A stretch of DNA of 63,471 nucleotides, the filler included, from Octopus bimaculoides (lineage: Eukaryota): assembly GCF_001194135.2 (NCBI RefSeq). It is 6 parts of 4 records of this genome, joined end to end, with 100 filler letters (N's around TTAATTAATTAA, not from the genome) between each part and the next. Parts side by side here need not be neighbours in the genome. Positions count along the whole stretch, not along the records: positions 1 to 28,230 come from NC_068986.1; 5 more parts are not named here. One strand, 5' to 3'. The notes below the pieces were generated by a model. That model saw nothing but the letters and a program-made list of their open reading frames with translations, searched no databases and was not told the DNA's origin. Position 1 is the stretch's first letter. The number at the start of each line of letters is the position of its first letter. The position numbers were made by a program, and so were the translations under genes. Positions 11,640 through 24,620 of this stretch are shown here, in pieces.

Positions 11640-13250
11640 AGAAAATGGGTAATGGGTGTATATGCATGTTTCCTGAGTTATTGCTCCTTCTTCAGCACCA
11701 CATCCAAAAACCATCAACCATCCACGAACACATTGTGTAAATAGCAACCAGGATAAATTGGCGCGGTTATTTGGTTCAATTGTAGAAGGCTTTAAGTTAC
11801 GGAGTATGGCTTGCTGAAGCGACCGGGTTGCAGGAAAAAAAGTAAAATGTATCCAGTCACGAAGCGTAGAAGTCTTTGTGAAATGAATCCCTAGGTCTGA
11901 CTGTTTGGGCTCAGATTTCTTTGTCATTTCCAAACAACAAACAAATATATTTAGAACAACCACGAGTATTACATGTCTAACAAGTAGATGAACTTCTCTA
12001 CTCAGTTCGAAGACAGATGTCATCGACCATGATTTTTGATTCGATATACCGGACACTATTGCAGTGCTTCTGATACTGTTTTGATATCTAGAGTTGTTGC
12101 AGCTGTTCATGCTTTGTTGCATTCCTCTGACAGCACTGAAATTCGATATTCAGCCATCTGCAAAGAGAAGATCGTGGACAGCAGTGGTTTCAATTTTAGC
12201 GACTGTTTTCATGCAGGCGAATGACTATGTTAAGTCTGCCATCCATTTTGTAAAGGATGTAAACACCTGGAACATTATCTATGAAGGCGTCCGTGAGTAT
12301 TACCAAAAGCATCATATCGACGCCAATACACAATAACTATTTCGTACTATTGTTGACAGGAAAGACAGTCGATGCTCACCGTTGTAGAAGGTTCAAACCG
12401 TCATGCTGTCGTGGAACTGCCAGATAATGTTTGCCAGACAAAATTTGTCTGAGCTGCCAAACTTCCAAAGATTTTAGTGATGCATTGTGCTAAATGCCTT
12501 GGTTAGATCGTCAAATGGTGTATATATTCTAGTGTTCTTGGCATTTCTCCTGCAGTTGACTCACAGCAAATACTATATCTACAGTTCCATGTCCTGCACG
12601 GAAGCAACATTGGCTTTCTGGTAGCAGATCGACCTTTTGGTATATGATAAGATGGTTCAGCAGAACTCCAGCCAGGATCTTTCATCCAACAATCATCAGC
12701 AGAGAAATGCTACGATGATTATTGTATAACTAACTGACTTTCTCTTGAATTGTAGATGTGGATTGTCAAAGGTTCTTTGAATTATTGTTCAATGCCCAAG
12801 CTCCAGAAAGATCTGGCCACTTCTGATCAATTTCTGTTACGGGATCGATCATCCAGGTTTAAAATTTCGGATGGTATGGCTCTGTGCCAGGAGCTTTTCC
12901 ACAGGTCAATTACTTAAGGGCCACGTCTGTGTCAGTAAATGATTGCCAAGTTTAAAGAGTTTCGATTTGAAGGTAAACGAAAGATTGCTGCTTCGGTTGA
13001 GGATGCCAGTTGAGGACTTAATCGAAGTGGTTCTGTCCATTTTTCTAAAATATGTTCATCTATGAGAAGTGTTGATCCGTCAGCGTTTAGAAAAGGTGCA
13101 GTTCCTGTGAACTGAAGACAACTTTCAATGTGTCCGAACCTCTTCGACTCATGCTTATTACCAAAATGCTGGTTCTTGTCAGCGTCTTTTGCAAAGCCAA
13201 GTTTTGGGAGATGTGTCTTTGTTGGTTTTGTCTACCCTCTGGCGTAGCCG
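11640..13250 (-). mobile_element. Decayed RTE-clade (BovB-like) LINE ORF2, reverse transcriptase region
   Basis: The minus strand gives LNADGSTLLIDEHILEKW, CGKAPGT, NHRSISLL, LPESQCCFRAGHGTVDIVFAVSQLQEKCQEH, DLTKAF, QFHDSM and HDLLFADG across several frameshifts and stops. Confidence 0.9.
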
Positions 13251-13430
13251 TTGACTTTTACACTAACAGAGTAGGTAATACGATTCTATTCCAATAAATA
13301 TAATCAACAGAATTGATAAACTTGTGATCTATGTCGGAATGAATCGGAAGAAAACTAAAATCGTTATCAGACGCGAGCAAAACTAAAGTAGATAACTCAT
13401 GAAAATGTATGTGTGTACGTACGTGTGTGT

Positions 13431-13477
<47 letters not shown>

Positions 13478-13698
13478 TTTATAAGACTTTCTGCAACACA
13501 GCAACCAACTGACCTTGTAAAACGTAAAACCATAAGAATAATTTCACCTTCAAAATGAGACGGGTGTAATATAAAATTTTTTACTAAATATCCTCTATTC
13601 TCAGAAGCATATTTATCCATCCATCCATCCGTCCGTCCATCCATCTATCCATCCATCCATCCATCCATTTCTCCACCCACTATTCCTGGAAAGGTTGT

Positions 13699-13765
13699 GT
13701 GTGTGTATGTACGCGCATGTGTGTGTATGTACGCGCATGTGTGTGTATGTACGCGCATGTGTGTG
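13699..13765. repeat. 20-bp minisatellite, about 3 copies
   Basis: gtgtgtatgtacgcgcatgt repeated. Confidence 0.9.
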
Positions 13766-13815
13766 CGTGTGTGTGTGTGAGTGCTAGGGGACCAGATTCA
13801 TTTGTATTTATACTC

Positions 13816-13846
<31 letters not shown>

Positions 13847-13851
13847 AATAT

Positions 13852-14005
13852 AGGCGCAGGTGTGGCGGCATGGTAAGAAGCTTGTTTCCCAATCACAAAT
13901 TTCCAGGTTCAGTCCCATTGCATGGTACTTTGAACAAATGTCTTCCACTATAGCCGTGGGCTGACCAAAGCCTTGCGGGTGGATTTGGTAGACGGAAACC
14001 CGTCA
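13852..14005 (+). mobile_element. SINE family A, 5' half
   Basis: tRNA-like head with A box (tggcggcatggtaag) and B box (ggttcagtccc), followed by the family A body. Confidence 0.85.
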
Positions 14006-14084
14006 TATATATGTATGTCTGTGCGTGTGTGCATATCCGCGCGCATATGTATGTGTGTGTGTGTGTATGTCGGGGGGAGGGGTA

Positions 14085-14400
14085 GAGAAATCCGCTTCCA
14101 TAGGGTCCTATCAGAAGCAACCCTCATTACACTTTCCGGCTGGATTCCCAACCGTAACCAACTGAGACTGGACATCATCCAAACATCTCGTTCTTGGTCG
14201 AGCCCTAGGTCTCCTGTTGGATAGATCAGCTTGAAAAGCCCGTCTTGTGATTTTTTCCTGCGACATTCTAATCACATGTCCGCATTAACGGATTTGTGAT
14301 CTCTCAATGCAGAGACGTAGCGGCTCGACTTGGAGATACTTTCTGATCTCCGAGCTATGTATCCTGTCGAAGTAAGGTTGCGAAGATGCATTGATTTATG
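14085..14400 (-). mobile_element. RTE-clade LINE 3' coding fragment
   Basis: The minus strand reads DRIHSSEIRKYLQVEPLRLCIERSQIR*CGHVIRMSQEKITRRAFQADLSNRRPRARPRTRCLDDV, the RTE C-terminal W.GHV.RM...R.RGRP motif. Confidence 0.85.
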
Positions 14401-15669
14401 CTGCTAAATAAGAGCTGTTATATTCTTGTCTTAATTTCGTCTTATTTTAACCTGAGCTTCTTAAATTCCCAGGTCAAATTTCACCGAAGTCAGCTGCGCC
14501 TTTGGTCCTTCCAGGGTCGATAGAAATAAAGTATCAATCGATAGAAATAAAGTACTTTGATCGTTGATAAATTCGGTTGGGCGATTCTTCGATATTGGTC
14601 TACAGAGTGTCGGAACGAGGAGACGCCGTCATTCACACTCTTTTTCAGCGAAGCTTCTTTATGTCATGAAAGAAGGATGAATGACGTCAAGTACCAATAT
14701 CGAAGGATTACTATCGGCTGTTTCCCCTCTTCCACATTTCTGCCTTGAGCCTACGTAAGAAATTGTTACTTTACTAACAAATTAAGAAGCGATCTATTTG
14801 ATGTTGGTATGTAGAAAAAAAAGGGGGGAAATGAAATTCATAGCAGTTATCTCCATGAACAAATCTTTAGTTTCCTACGCATATTACACACTCACTCATT
14901 TATAATCTCTTTTTCTTTTTTACATTAAGTATGCCTTCTCTCTCTCTCTCCCTCTCTCTCTCGTGCGTGCGCGTGTACGCCAACTTCTAGATGTTTGTCA
15001 AGGAATGTGAGGAACGGAATTCTTTTTTTTTTTTAATTTTAAAAAATCGTAATTAAAACATGTTAAACAGATCATGGATTTTTTTTTCCGTCACATGTGT
15101 CACAAATTTTGTCGTGTGTGGTTGTTTGGTATAATCAATTGCATCGATTTGTAACACCTACCTAGTTCATATTTTATCGACCTCGGAAGCATGCAAGTTG
15201 AAGTCGACCTTGGGATGCAGTCGAACTCAAAAATATAAATGGACGTAACTATATACGATAAGGCATTTTTTTCCCTGGCTGGCTCCCAATTCTGTTTAAA
15301 ATTAGTGCTTGCTTCCTTACTGGCACTCCAGTACACACACAAACGCATGCACCTACACACACACATACACACACAGAGCAAGCGAGACAGAGAGAAAGAA
15401 AGACAGAAGATGCACTTTTTTGATAACCACATAGACTCACAGTCAGATGTACGAAGATTTGTTTGCCCAAAGATTCTTCAAGAATATCAAAATACGTCGA
15501 AACACGCTGAAGCATGTTACGTAACCGTTGTATCAGTTTCCAAAATTACGAGCCACGCTTCCTAAAAATAATCATTCCAAGAAATGTTATGAATCAGTTT
15601 GTTGTGAGGTAAAAAGCCTAACTGCCAGTTTCCGCGGATCTTATTTTACTAAAAATAATATTAGCGTCT

Positions 15670-15772
15670 GTCGTTACCTAGCAACTAAATGCGTTGGCGT
15701 GTAAAAGTTGGTTTGCGATAGAGTTAAATGTTTTTCTGCGTTTACTTCCGTTAATCTAGGGGAGGTAACTCT
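15670..15772 (+). promoter_or_regulatory. Possible second promoter: RFX X-box, ETS site and donor
   Basis: GTTACCTAGCAAC at 15673-15685, ACTTCCG at 15744-15750, and GAG|gtaact at 15765. Confidence 0.3.
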
Positions 15773-17437
15773 AAGTTACTTTAAAAAAATACTGATAATT
15801 TCTGAGATCCTTGTAAAACGGCCACTAAATCAGTTGATGCGCACGCACACATACACACTAGCGCGCACACACACATATATACACGCACACTGTCACACAC
15901 CTTCGACCACAAAGCACAGTCATTTATGATACTTTCATTTTAGTGATTTAAAAGTACTTCGTGACAGATACACATACACAGATACACATACACACACACA
16001 TACACCTACGCAACACACTATCCTATCATGCTATCACTCTCTCTCTCTCTTTTACTCTCTCCTTCATACACACACACATACACACACATAGACACAATCA
16101 GTCAGTCACTCACAACACGATATTCGCCGTCAGTCAAAGGTAAGCCCTGCCTCCTCATTATAACTCTCTCTTATGTAAACGCTTTGGCTATACTGCATTT
16201 TAACTGTGGAAATTAGAAACTGCGTGTATAAACAAATAAACTCACTGTATTGACAAATAATGTATTAACCTCTTGTTATTGATAAATGACATTAAGAAAT
16301 AGATTATTTTTTAGCAATGTTTATGTTATTAATCCGTGATAGAATGACAGTAGAATACATTCCTTATCTATTTAGATCTGCATATTCATTTGCTTGTATA
16401 TAATTCGTTTTAAATCGTTTAAATACAAATAAACTATTTGTTTATATCTTTTTTTTCTCTGATATCATCTTATGATGAATCTGGACACCTCATTAGTGAT
16501 GTTATCTGGTGAACCTGAATGTTTAGGGTGTTTAAGTGATCAGATACCCTTACCTAGGCGACCCGGCCAGGTTGATCGAGACCCAGTTTATGATCAGTTA
16601 ACACTTCCTCATTCATGGCTCACACCTCCTCTGACTATGGCCATCTTCAAGCAACTTCTGCCTCGTTAGCCAGCTTCGTGGCCTTCCACTAACCGGCCCT
16701 TTTGATACCCCCAGTATGTTGGCTTTGCAGAAGGACAGGTGCATTCCACTTGAAAGGGTTCACATCTTACTCATCATAAAACGATATAATTGTAAGAAGC
16801 TCGTAATTTTCAATCATTTTACACACACACACACACACACACATTATATATACACACATACATACAGACAGACAGATAGACCGGGGGGGGGAGAGATATA
16901 GTTATGTTTCGTTTCTTGTCACTTAAATCCATCTGAGTGAATGAAATAAGGGCAAAAGTAAAGAATACATACACCCGGTGTTTAGGGTTTAGGGTTAGGG
17001 TTTTTGTTACTCCGAAAACGGGTGGTGTACATATACATTCCTTACCCCCGCCGAAATAAGTACCTGTAACATTGCTCGTGTTGATTAAATCAACGTTACC
17101 TGGCTCTTTGCAAAATTTCTCCTTTGTGCCTTGGCAAAAATCAATAATTCATTAAAGGTGTGACGTGAAATAAGAGGTTTGACCCTGATGACATTTGGTT
17201 TTGATATCACTTTGTGATATCTCATTTTGTTTGTCAATAAGTGAGCCGGGGAAGAAGGGAGGGGCAGTGTCCATGATCTCTGCTAATCGTTTCAGCCTGT
17301 TGAAAAGGATACGTCTAGTGCCCAGCCTGAAAGTCTGCATGTTATTATCTGCAAGAAAATCGTGGTTTGAGATCGAAATTTGAAAGCTCACAATATAGGG
17401 AACTGTATTAAGTGTTTCCCGAGTAGATGTTCAACTG

Positions 17438-17653
17438 AAGGTGGTGAGCTGGCAAAAACGTTAGCATGCCGGGCGAAAAGCTTAGCAGTATTTCGTCTGT
17501 CTTTATGTTCTGAGTTCAAATTCCGCCGAGGTCGACTTTGCTTTTTATCCTCTCGGAGTCGATAAATTAAGTACCGGTTGCTTACTGGGGTCGATCTAAT
17601 AGACTGCCCCCACTCCCCAAAAATTTCGAGCCTTGTGCCTAGAGTAGAAAAGT
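17438..17653 (+). mobile_element. tRNA-derived SINE family B (Meta-domain-like)
   Basis: A box tggcaaaaacgttagc, B box gagttcaaattcc, and central gtcgactttgc...cctctcggagtcgataaattaagtacc resembling the Meta domain. Confidence 0.85.
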
Positions 17654-18126
17654 AGATGTCCCACTGTGTATCACCTTGGGCAAGTATCTTCTACACTTGT
17701 GATTGGATTTGGTAGACGGAAACTGAAAGAAGCCCGTCGTGTGTGTGCGTGTTTGTTCCTCCACCACTGCTTGACAACCGGTGTTGGTGTGTTTACGGTC
17801 CTATAACTTAGCAGTTCGGCAAAAGGGTTCAATAGAATAAGCACCAGGCTTTAAAATTCTTCAAGGCGATGCCCCAGCATGACCGCAGTCTAATAACTGA
17901 AACAAGTAAAAAAAAAAAAGATATCACCCAAAAGCTTATATGAGAGGTATTAATGTACAAATTGGATAACTGGGATATTGTGGCACTTATGCTTTTACTA
18001 TAAGCATTAGTAGTATTAACCTATAAAGTGCTGGGATTTGCACTTACATAGCATGGACTGCTGAGCACATTTTATGAAAATGAGACTACCAAGCACACAT
18101 AAAAAACAAAAAATAGTTTAAATATC

Positions 18127-18694
18127 GGATCATTTTTAAAACGGGGTCCACATTTTTCATTAAGGTTTTACGTAGTGTTTTTGGTAGCGAAAGACTTTCA
18201 AACTTCGTATACTTATCTATTTTGTGTTATAGAACAGAAAAATATTTTTGTATTCGAATTTATTTCATGTAAAAAATTGTCTTATTTCGATAATTTCAAC
18301 CAATCACTGACAAGTATTCAGTTGTTTACATTTACTCCTTTGGCTCACTAAGCGATGTAAAGCGTATTTAATCTCCATACCTTCGTTTTATTTGCTTTTT
18401 TCATTTTAAATTTGCTTTAACCCTAACCCTAACCCTAGGGTTAGGGTTAGGGTTAATTGTTTCAGAATCGTTTGTTTATGTAGTCGGCACTTAATGTATA
18501 TCGGCTGAATGGACGTCAGTGATTGGTTGAAATTACAGAAATACGACAACTTTAACATGGAATAATTTATGGATTTCTTTTTTTTTTAAGAAGACTAAGA
18601 GAAAAAGATGTTTTATATGACACATTCTACCAGTGTTCCAAGTTTCAAAGTGTTTCGTTAATGAAAAATGTGGCCCCCGTTTTAAAAAAGATCC
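18127..18694. mobile_element. MITE with 37-bp TIRs, internal inverted repeats and a central telomeric palindrome
   Basis: TIRs at 18127-18163 and 18658-18694 match 35/37. An inner 21-bp inverted pair lies at 18291-18311 and 18515-18535. A perfect 40-bp palindrome lies at 18417-18456. Confidence 0.9.
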
Positions 18695-19031
18695 TAAATA
18701 TCTTCTTAGTATATAATGGTGGTAAGTTTTACATCATCTGAAAAGTCATTAGTGGAACTATTAGTCCTCTTGCATTCTGTGGGGTTTTGGAGCGTTTGAG
18801 TGACATTAGACCCCAACAAACGCCCGTAAGTTAAATGCATCTATCTGGGCCACGATCATGGCCTGTTGACCTGTGCCTGACGGCCATGAACGTGGCCTGT
18901 CATGCTTTATGTGTTAAATGTGTAGCTTTGACAGAACTGCAACTCAATAAATCCAGTCTTGTCAATATTGTGACCCTTCAGTTGACAGATTTTCATTTCT
19001 TATCTATTATAATCACAACGTTTATTTAGAG

Positions 19032-19228
19032 CCGTGGTTCTCAACCATTTTCTACTTGTGGACTCCATTGATTCCTATTTTTATAGTCAAATATTAGGAA
19101 TTATACGAAAAAATTGTTAAAATATTTTGTGTTGTAGAGGTGCAATTAATTTATTGCTCATAATCTTTTAACATAAAAATTTTGTATGGACCCCCAAAGG
19201 TCATATGAGCCCTGGTTGAGAACGACTG
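19032..19228. mobile_element. hAT Charlie/MER5-like MITE
   Basis: TIRs ccgtggttctcaacc and ggttgagaacgactg, with partly matching 8-bp flanks atttagag and ttttgaag. Confidence 0.75.
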
Positions 19229-19648
19229 TTTTGAAGTAAGACTTCAAATATGTTCTTATATCAAATTAATGTATATGTATGTGTAAAGTATCTACCTCTA
19301 CTGTATAGGGGCAGTCTGTATGTGGTCGTTTGACTTGCTAGAAACAGCAGCCAAATCTCCATACCATCACCTTATCGTCTCAAAAAAGAACTCTCTGGAT
19401 AATGTAGTCTAAGATACAATGTTTGAAAATATGATGAGATGGTCATGGCTAGAACGTCTTTGATCTAGATCTGCTGAATCAAGGCTGATCCAAGGGTAAA
19501 CAGCGACTGAGAGTTGACATCTGAAGTGATGCATTGCAATGAAGTTTCTTTTCCCAATTGAACTATTCTGCTAAACTTAGCCACCTTAACTTTTGGCCTA
19601 ATTGGGCTGGTTGATACTGACCGCTTCTGATGTTTGTATATATATATA

Positions 19649-19699
<51 letters not shown>

Positions 19700-20180
19700 G
19701 TTGGAGTTTTAGCACTTTAGCTGCTATTTCTGAACTTCGGTATGTGGTGAAGCAACTGTTGCTGATCCCTTAATTATGTTTTTATATATATATATACAGG
19801 GAGAGAGAGAGTGGGATGTGTAAATATGTGTTTGTATGCATGTCCATATATATGGAAGTGTATACACATACATATTTGCATATATATATATATATATATA
19901 TACATATTTGCATATATATATATATATATATATGCACATACAGACACACATGCATACACACACATGTGCACACAAACGCGCGTGCACTCACACGCACACA
20001 GAAAATTGGAGGCTGGGTAATATATCTGTTTTTTGAAATTCTATGATGTTGAACACCTGGTTGATTTTCTGGGAAAAAAAATTCTTTTTTGGAATATCTC
20101 AAACCACACATCTAAGCTATAAATAAATATTGGGCTAAAAAAAACTGGTTTGAATAGAAGATATATAAAAAAAAAAAAAA

Positions 20181-20437
20181 CCTAGAGGTTGTACTTGGGA
20201 CTGAAACCACACCTCCTGTGGTCATGACAGACATTCTACCACTGGACTAAAGCAATCCTATAAATTCTTCTAACCATTTTTCTAACTTTATTCTAACCAG
20301 CAAATATTGTATGTTGTTAACATTCTAAAGATAAAGTTTCTAAAATGAATAGAGAAATTCAAAGGATTGCTTTTATCCAATGGTAGACAGTCATGTCTAT
20401 GGGAGATGTGGGTTCAAGTCCCATAGGGAGTCTTCAA
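20181..20437. mobile_element. Element made of two divergent tRNA-like heads
   Basis: The minus copy (20181-20259) and plus copy (20363-20437) both begin aggattgcttt, with A-box tccartggtaga and B-box ggttcaagtccc or ggtttcagtccc. Confidence 0.55.
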
Positions 20438-21414
20438 CTTTTTTAATAAAAAATGGTTTTTTAACGCATTATTTATAGCTTTATGTGTGTACTTTTGAAA
20501 TATTCTAAATAAGAATTATTTCAAATTCTTATGATGTCAATAAAGATACTGATTTATTCATTTTAGTATTAATGATTACAGGAACTGACTATGTGTAAGG
20601 TCTATGTTGTAATCAGAAAACTTAAAGTTAATACTGAATAATTTAATATTGAGTATATTCAGCAATTGTTTTTAAATAAGGGATTAATTCAACCTCCTAC
20701 TTTACAATATATATATGTGTGTGTGTGAGTATGTGTTTGTTTGTATATATGTATGTATATTTGCTTGAGTATGTATATATACACATGACTGGCTTCTTTC
20801 AGTTTCTGTCTACGAAATTAACTCAAAAAGCTTTGGTCAACCCAAGGCTATAGTAGAAGAGAATTTCTCAAGGTGCCATGCAGTAAGACTGAAACTGGAA
20901 CGATGTGGTTGGTAAGCTTATCTTTGTGTATTACACACAACAATTTATCAAAAACCATTGTTTTATACTTATAATGTTTCACAACACATTAAAGAGTTAC
21001 ACATACAATTTTTATAAAAATAAAGCTGTGTCCAAAATGCAAGTGATAAAGATATTTCCAAGCAAGGATATTTATTACACCCATTTCAGTGGGTATTTTC
21101 AATAGAAATAATATAGATTTCATTCAATGAAACATAATACATAAGGGGAGTGGTCATGGAATTCACTTCAGTGCATACCTAAATGTGTATTAGTACAAAA
21201 GATAACATAAATATGCTTTGACCGTGAAGGAGTATGACGACTATCACTTTTTTTAAGTAGAACACTTATGTGACTTGTAGTTTTGTTTTTTTTTAAGCTC
21301 TTTTATATTTTTTTCTATGCTTTAACATAAAATATAACGAGGAGATTTAATCATCCTGCCTCTTTTCTAATGACTTTTTGTTTTTTTTTAGTATATAGCT
21401 ATATGGATGGGATC

Positions 21415-21886
21415 AGACATGGCTATGTGTGGTTAAGAATTTCTTTTCTAACCAAATGGCTTCAGATTCAGTCCCACTGGTAACCTTGGCCAAGTCTCTT
21501 TTACTATAGCCCCAGCAGGCCGACAAAAGCTTTGTGAGTTGGTATGGTTGACAGAAATTGAAAGGAGACTATCATGCGTGCATGTGTGTGTTCCGGAAGA
21601 AAATTATTCTGGTCCTTATCAAAGGACACTCTCTTTCCGAAGTTAGTCTGATTAGGGATAAAGTTTTTAGAACTAAAGATTTCTCTAAGTAAAATGAAAC
21701 AGTGATATTACTGCTTCAAGGAAGTATGTTTTTAATTATATGTGTGTGTCTGTGTGTCTTTTTGTTTGTCTCCTGTAACTTAGCAGTTCAGCAAAAAGAT
21801 ATCATTAGAATAAGTCCCAGGCTTATAAAAAGAAAATAAGTCATGGGATTCATTCATTAATTCAACTAAAAATTTTTCAAGGTGGT
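21415..21886 (+). mobile_element. Diverged SINE family A copy with internal insertion
   Basis: Family A head and body to about 21585, unrelated sequence to about 21740, then the family A tail running into the gap. Confidence 0.65.
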
Positions 21887-22160
21887 NNNNNNNNNNNNNN
21901 NNNNNNNNNNNNNNNNNNNNNNNNNNNNNNNNNNNNNNNNNNNNNNNNNNNNNNNNNNNNNNNNNNNNNNNNNNNNNNNNNNNNNNNNNNNNNNNNNNNN
22001 NNNNNNNNNNNNNNNNNNNNNNNNNNNNNNNNNNNNNNNNNNNNNNNNNNNNNNNNNNNNNNNNNNNNNNNNNNNNNNNNNNNNNNNNNNNNNNNNNNNN
22101 NNNNNNNNNNNNNNNNNNNNNNNNNNNNNNNNNNNNNNNNNNNNNNNNNNNNNNNNNNNN

Positions 22161-22201
<41 letters not shown>

Positions 22202-22562
22202 AGTATTGTCTCTTGAGGCACATCACATAAAGAAATAAATAACAGCATGTGAATAATGGAGTGACAATCCCCTTTTAGGGGATCTACTGGAGATGAAATT
22301 CACATCTCCAGTAGACATGACAGGTATTCTACCACTGCTCTAAAGCAGTCCTTTGAATTTTTCTCTCCATTTGAGAAACCTTATTCTTACCAATGTAGTT
22401 TGTATGTTTTTGACGCCATGAGAACTTATAAGCTATTGAGAGAACATGAATAGATATAAATATCTATTGTCAACAGTATATATCTGTGTGTCTGTTTCTC
22501 TCTCACTCTCTCATGTGTGTGTGTATATATATATATATATATAATTTATACATATATATATA

Positions 22563-22640
<78 letters not shown>

Positions 22641-22995
22641 CTTATGTGTATATATGTGCATGTGTGTGTGTATATATATATATTGATACACACATATACT
22701 CATTCTTAACTGTTTATTCATGTTAACTCTTTATTCATAACACACTTCAGTTCATTTCAACAATAGAAAAACAAAAACGAAAAACAGAAAAAAACTGTAC
22801 AAATGAAGTCAAACCAGAAATCTAATAAATGGTTGCCACACCTAAAGATTTTGTGGATGTCAACCTGAACTGAGAGAGCAATAATCAATCAAACTGTACA
22901 CAAGTCAACAGTTGGGGGGTACATAGCTGGAATTTTAAATTACTCTGTGTGGTAAACAGACTTGGAAAAAGTTTTTATGGGTGATATCATTTTAA

Positions 22996-23209
22996 CCCTC
23001 TAGTGTTCAGATTACTCCATCAAATGCAATGCTTATATATTCACCTTGTTTTGAATTAACCATGCATTATCTCATGGCCACAAGATTTCAATATGATTGT
23101 TTATTTTTATTTGATATTGTAAGGTGGATGTAAGAGGTTAGATCTGGCCAGTTGCAGCATAAAACGTAGAATATTTTGGCTGGATATGGCCAGTTTAAAT
23201 GCTAAAGGG
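22996..23209. mobile_element. piggyBac-type MITE
   Basis: TTAA|ccctctagtg ... gctaaaggg|TTAA: TTAA target duplication and CCC/GGG termini. Confidence 0.8.
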
Positions 23210-23566
23210 TTAACTTTGCTTTAGGAAGGTATGTTATGGTATCAACATAAAAATCATTCAAAGAATTGTTTGTCATTTCATAACAAGGGTGAAAGGAAGT
23301 CTCTATGCAGTCACTCAGTCTGCTAGAAATAGTAACCTTGTCTCGATCAAATACAAAAGGTGGATTGATTATGTAGAGGTTTCCCACACCAGCTTTATGT
23401 TGTTGTGTAACAGTTATTGTTTTGCACCAGATCAACTTTGAATGTGTAGTCAGGATCATCCTGTCGTTATTTTTATTTTTTTATATTTTACTTTGGTGTT
23501 GTTGTTCTTCTTCTTCTTCTTTTGCAGACAGAATATATCTAGGTCTACATTATCGGTTGAGAATGT

Positions 23567-23785
23567 AAGGTGGCGAGCTGGCAGAAACGTTAGCACACCC
23601 GGCGAAATGCTTAGCGGTATTTCGTCTGCCGCTACGTTCTGAGTTCAAATTCTGCCAAGGTCAATTTTGCCTTTCATCCTTTCGGGATCGATATATTAAG
23701 TACCAGTGAAATACTGGGGTCAATGTCATCAACTAGTCCCCTCCCCACAAGTTTCAGGCCTCGAGCCTTTAGTAAAAAGGATTAT
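23567..23785 (+). mobile_element. SINE family B, full length
   Basis: aaggtggcgagctggcagaaacgttagc...gagttcaaattctgcc...aaaaaggattat. Confidence 0.88.
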
Positions 23786-24209
23786 CCCTTGTGAAGGTGT
23801 ATGGCCTAGTGGTTAGAATATTGCACTCATAACCAGAGGATTGTGGTTTCAATTTCTGAATTGGCTGGAGTATTGTGTTCTTGAAGAAAACACTTCATTT
23901 CTCATCACTCCAGTCTACTGCAGAGGCACATAGCTCAGTGGTTAGGCTGTTGGACACATGATCATAAGATTGATGTTTCAATTCCTGGACCAGGCAGTGC
24001 ACTGTGTTCTTGAGCAAATCACTTCATTTCATGTTGCTCCAGTCCACTCAGCTGGTAATAATGAGTAAGCCGGCAACGGACTGTTATCCCATCCAGGGGA
24101 GAAATATAACCACTGCAGAATCTGGGAAACTGGCCGGCCCTATGAGCCTATATAACTCAGGAAACAATCTTTATCCTTATCCTGCTCTAGTGAATTCAGC
24201 TGTAAATTA

Positions 24210-24620
24210 AAGGCGGCAGAAACGTTAGCATGCCGGGTGAAATGCTTAGTGGTATTTCGTTTGTCTTTACTTTCTGAGTTCAAATTCCGCCGAGGTCGAC
24301 TTTGCCTTTCATTTTTGGGGTCAATAAATTAAGTACCAGTTACGCACTGGGGTCAATCTAATTGACTTAATCCCTTTGTCTGTCCTTGTTTGTCCCCTTT
24401 ATGTTTAGCCCCTTGTGGTCAATAAAGAAATAAGAAACGTTAGCATGCCGGGTGAAATGCTTAACGGTATTTTGTATGCCTTTACGTTCTGAGTTCAAAT
24501 TCCGCTGAGGTCGACTTTGCCTTTCATCCTTTCGAGGTCAATAAATCAAGTACTGGGGTTGATCTAATTGACTGGCCCTTTCCCCCAAAATTTCGAGCCT
24601 TTGTCTAGAGCGGAAAAGAA
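24210..24620 (+). mobile_element. Two head-to-tail SINE family B copies with alternative 3' tails
   Basis: The first ends in the ...gtccttgtttgtcccc...gccccttgtgg...aaagaaataa tail and the second in the ...cccccaaaatttcgagcc...gaaaagaat tail. Confidence 0.88.

Noticed and set aside
11547-12122. 191-aa minus-strand ORF
   Set aside because: It is a drifted frame within the decayed RTE LINE, not an independent gene.
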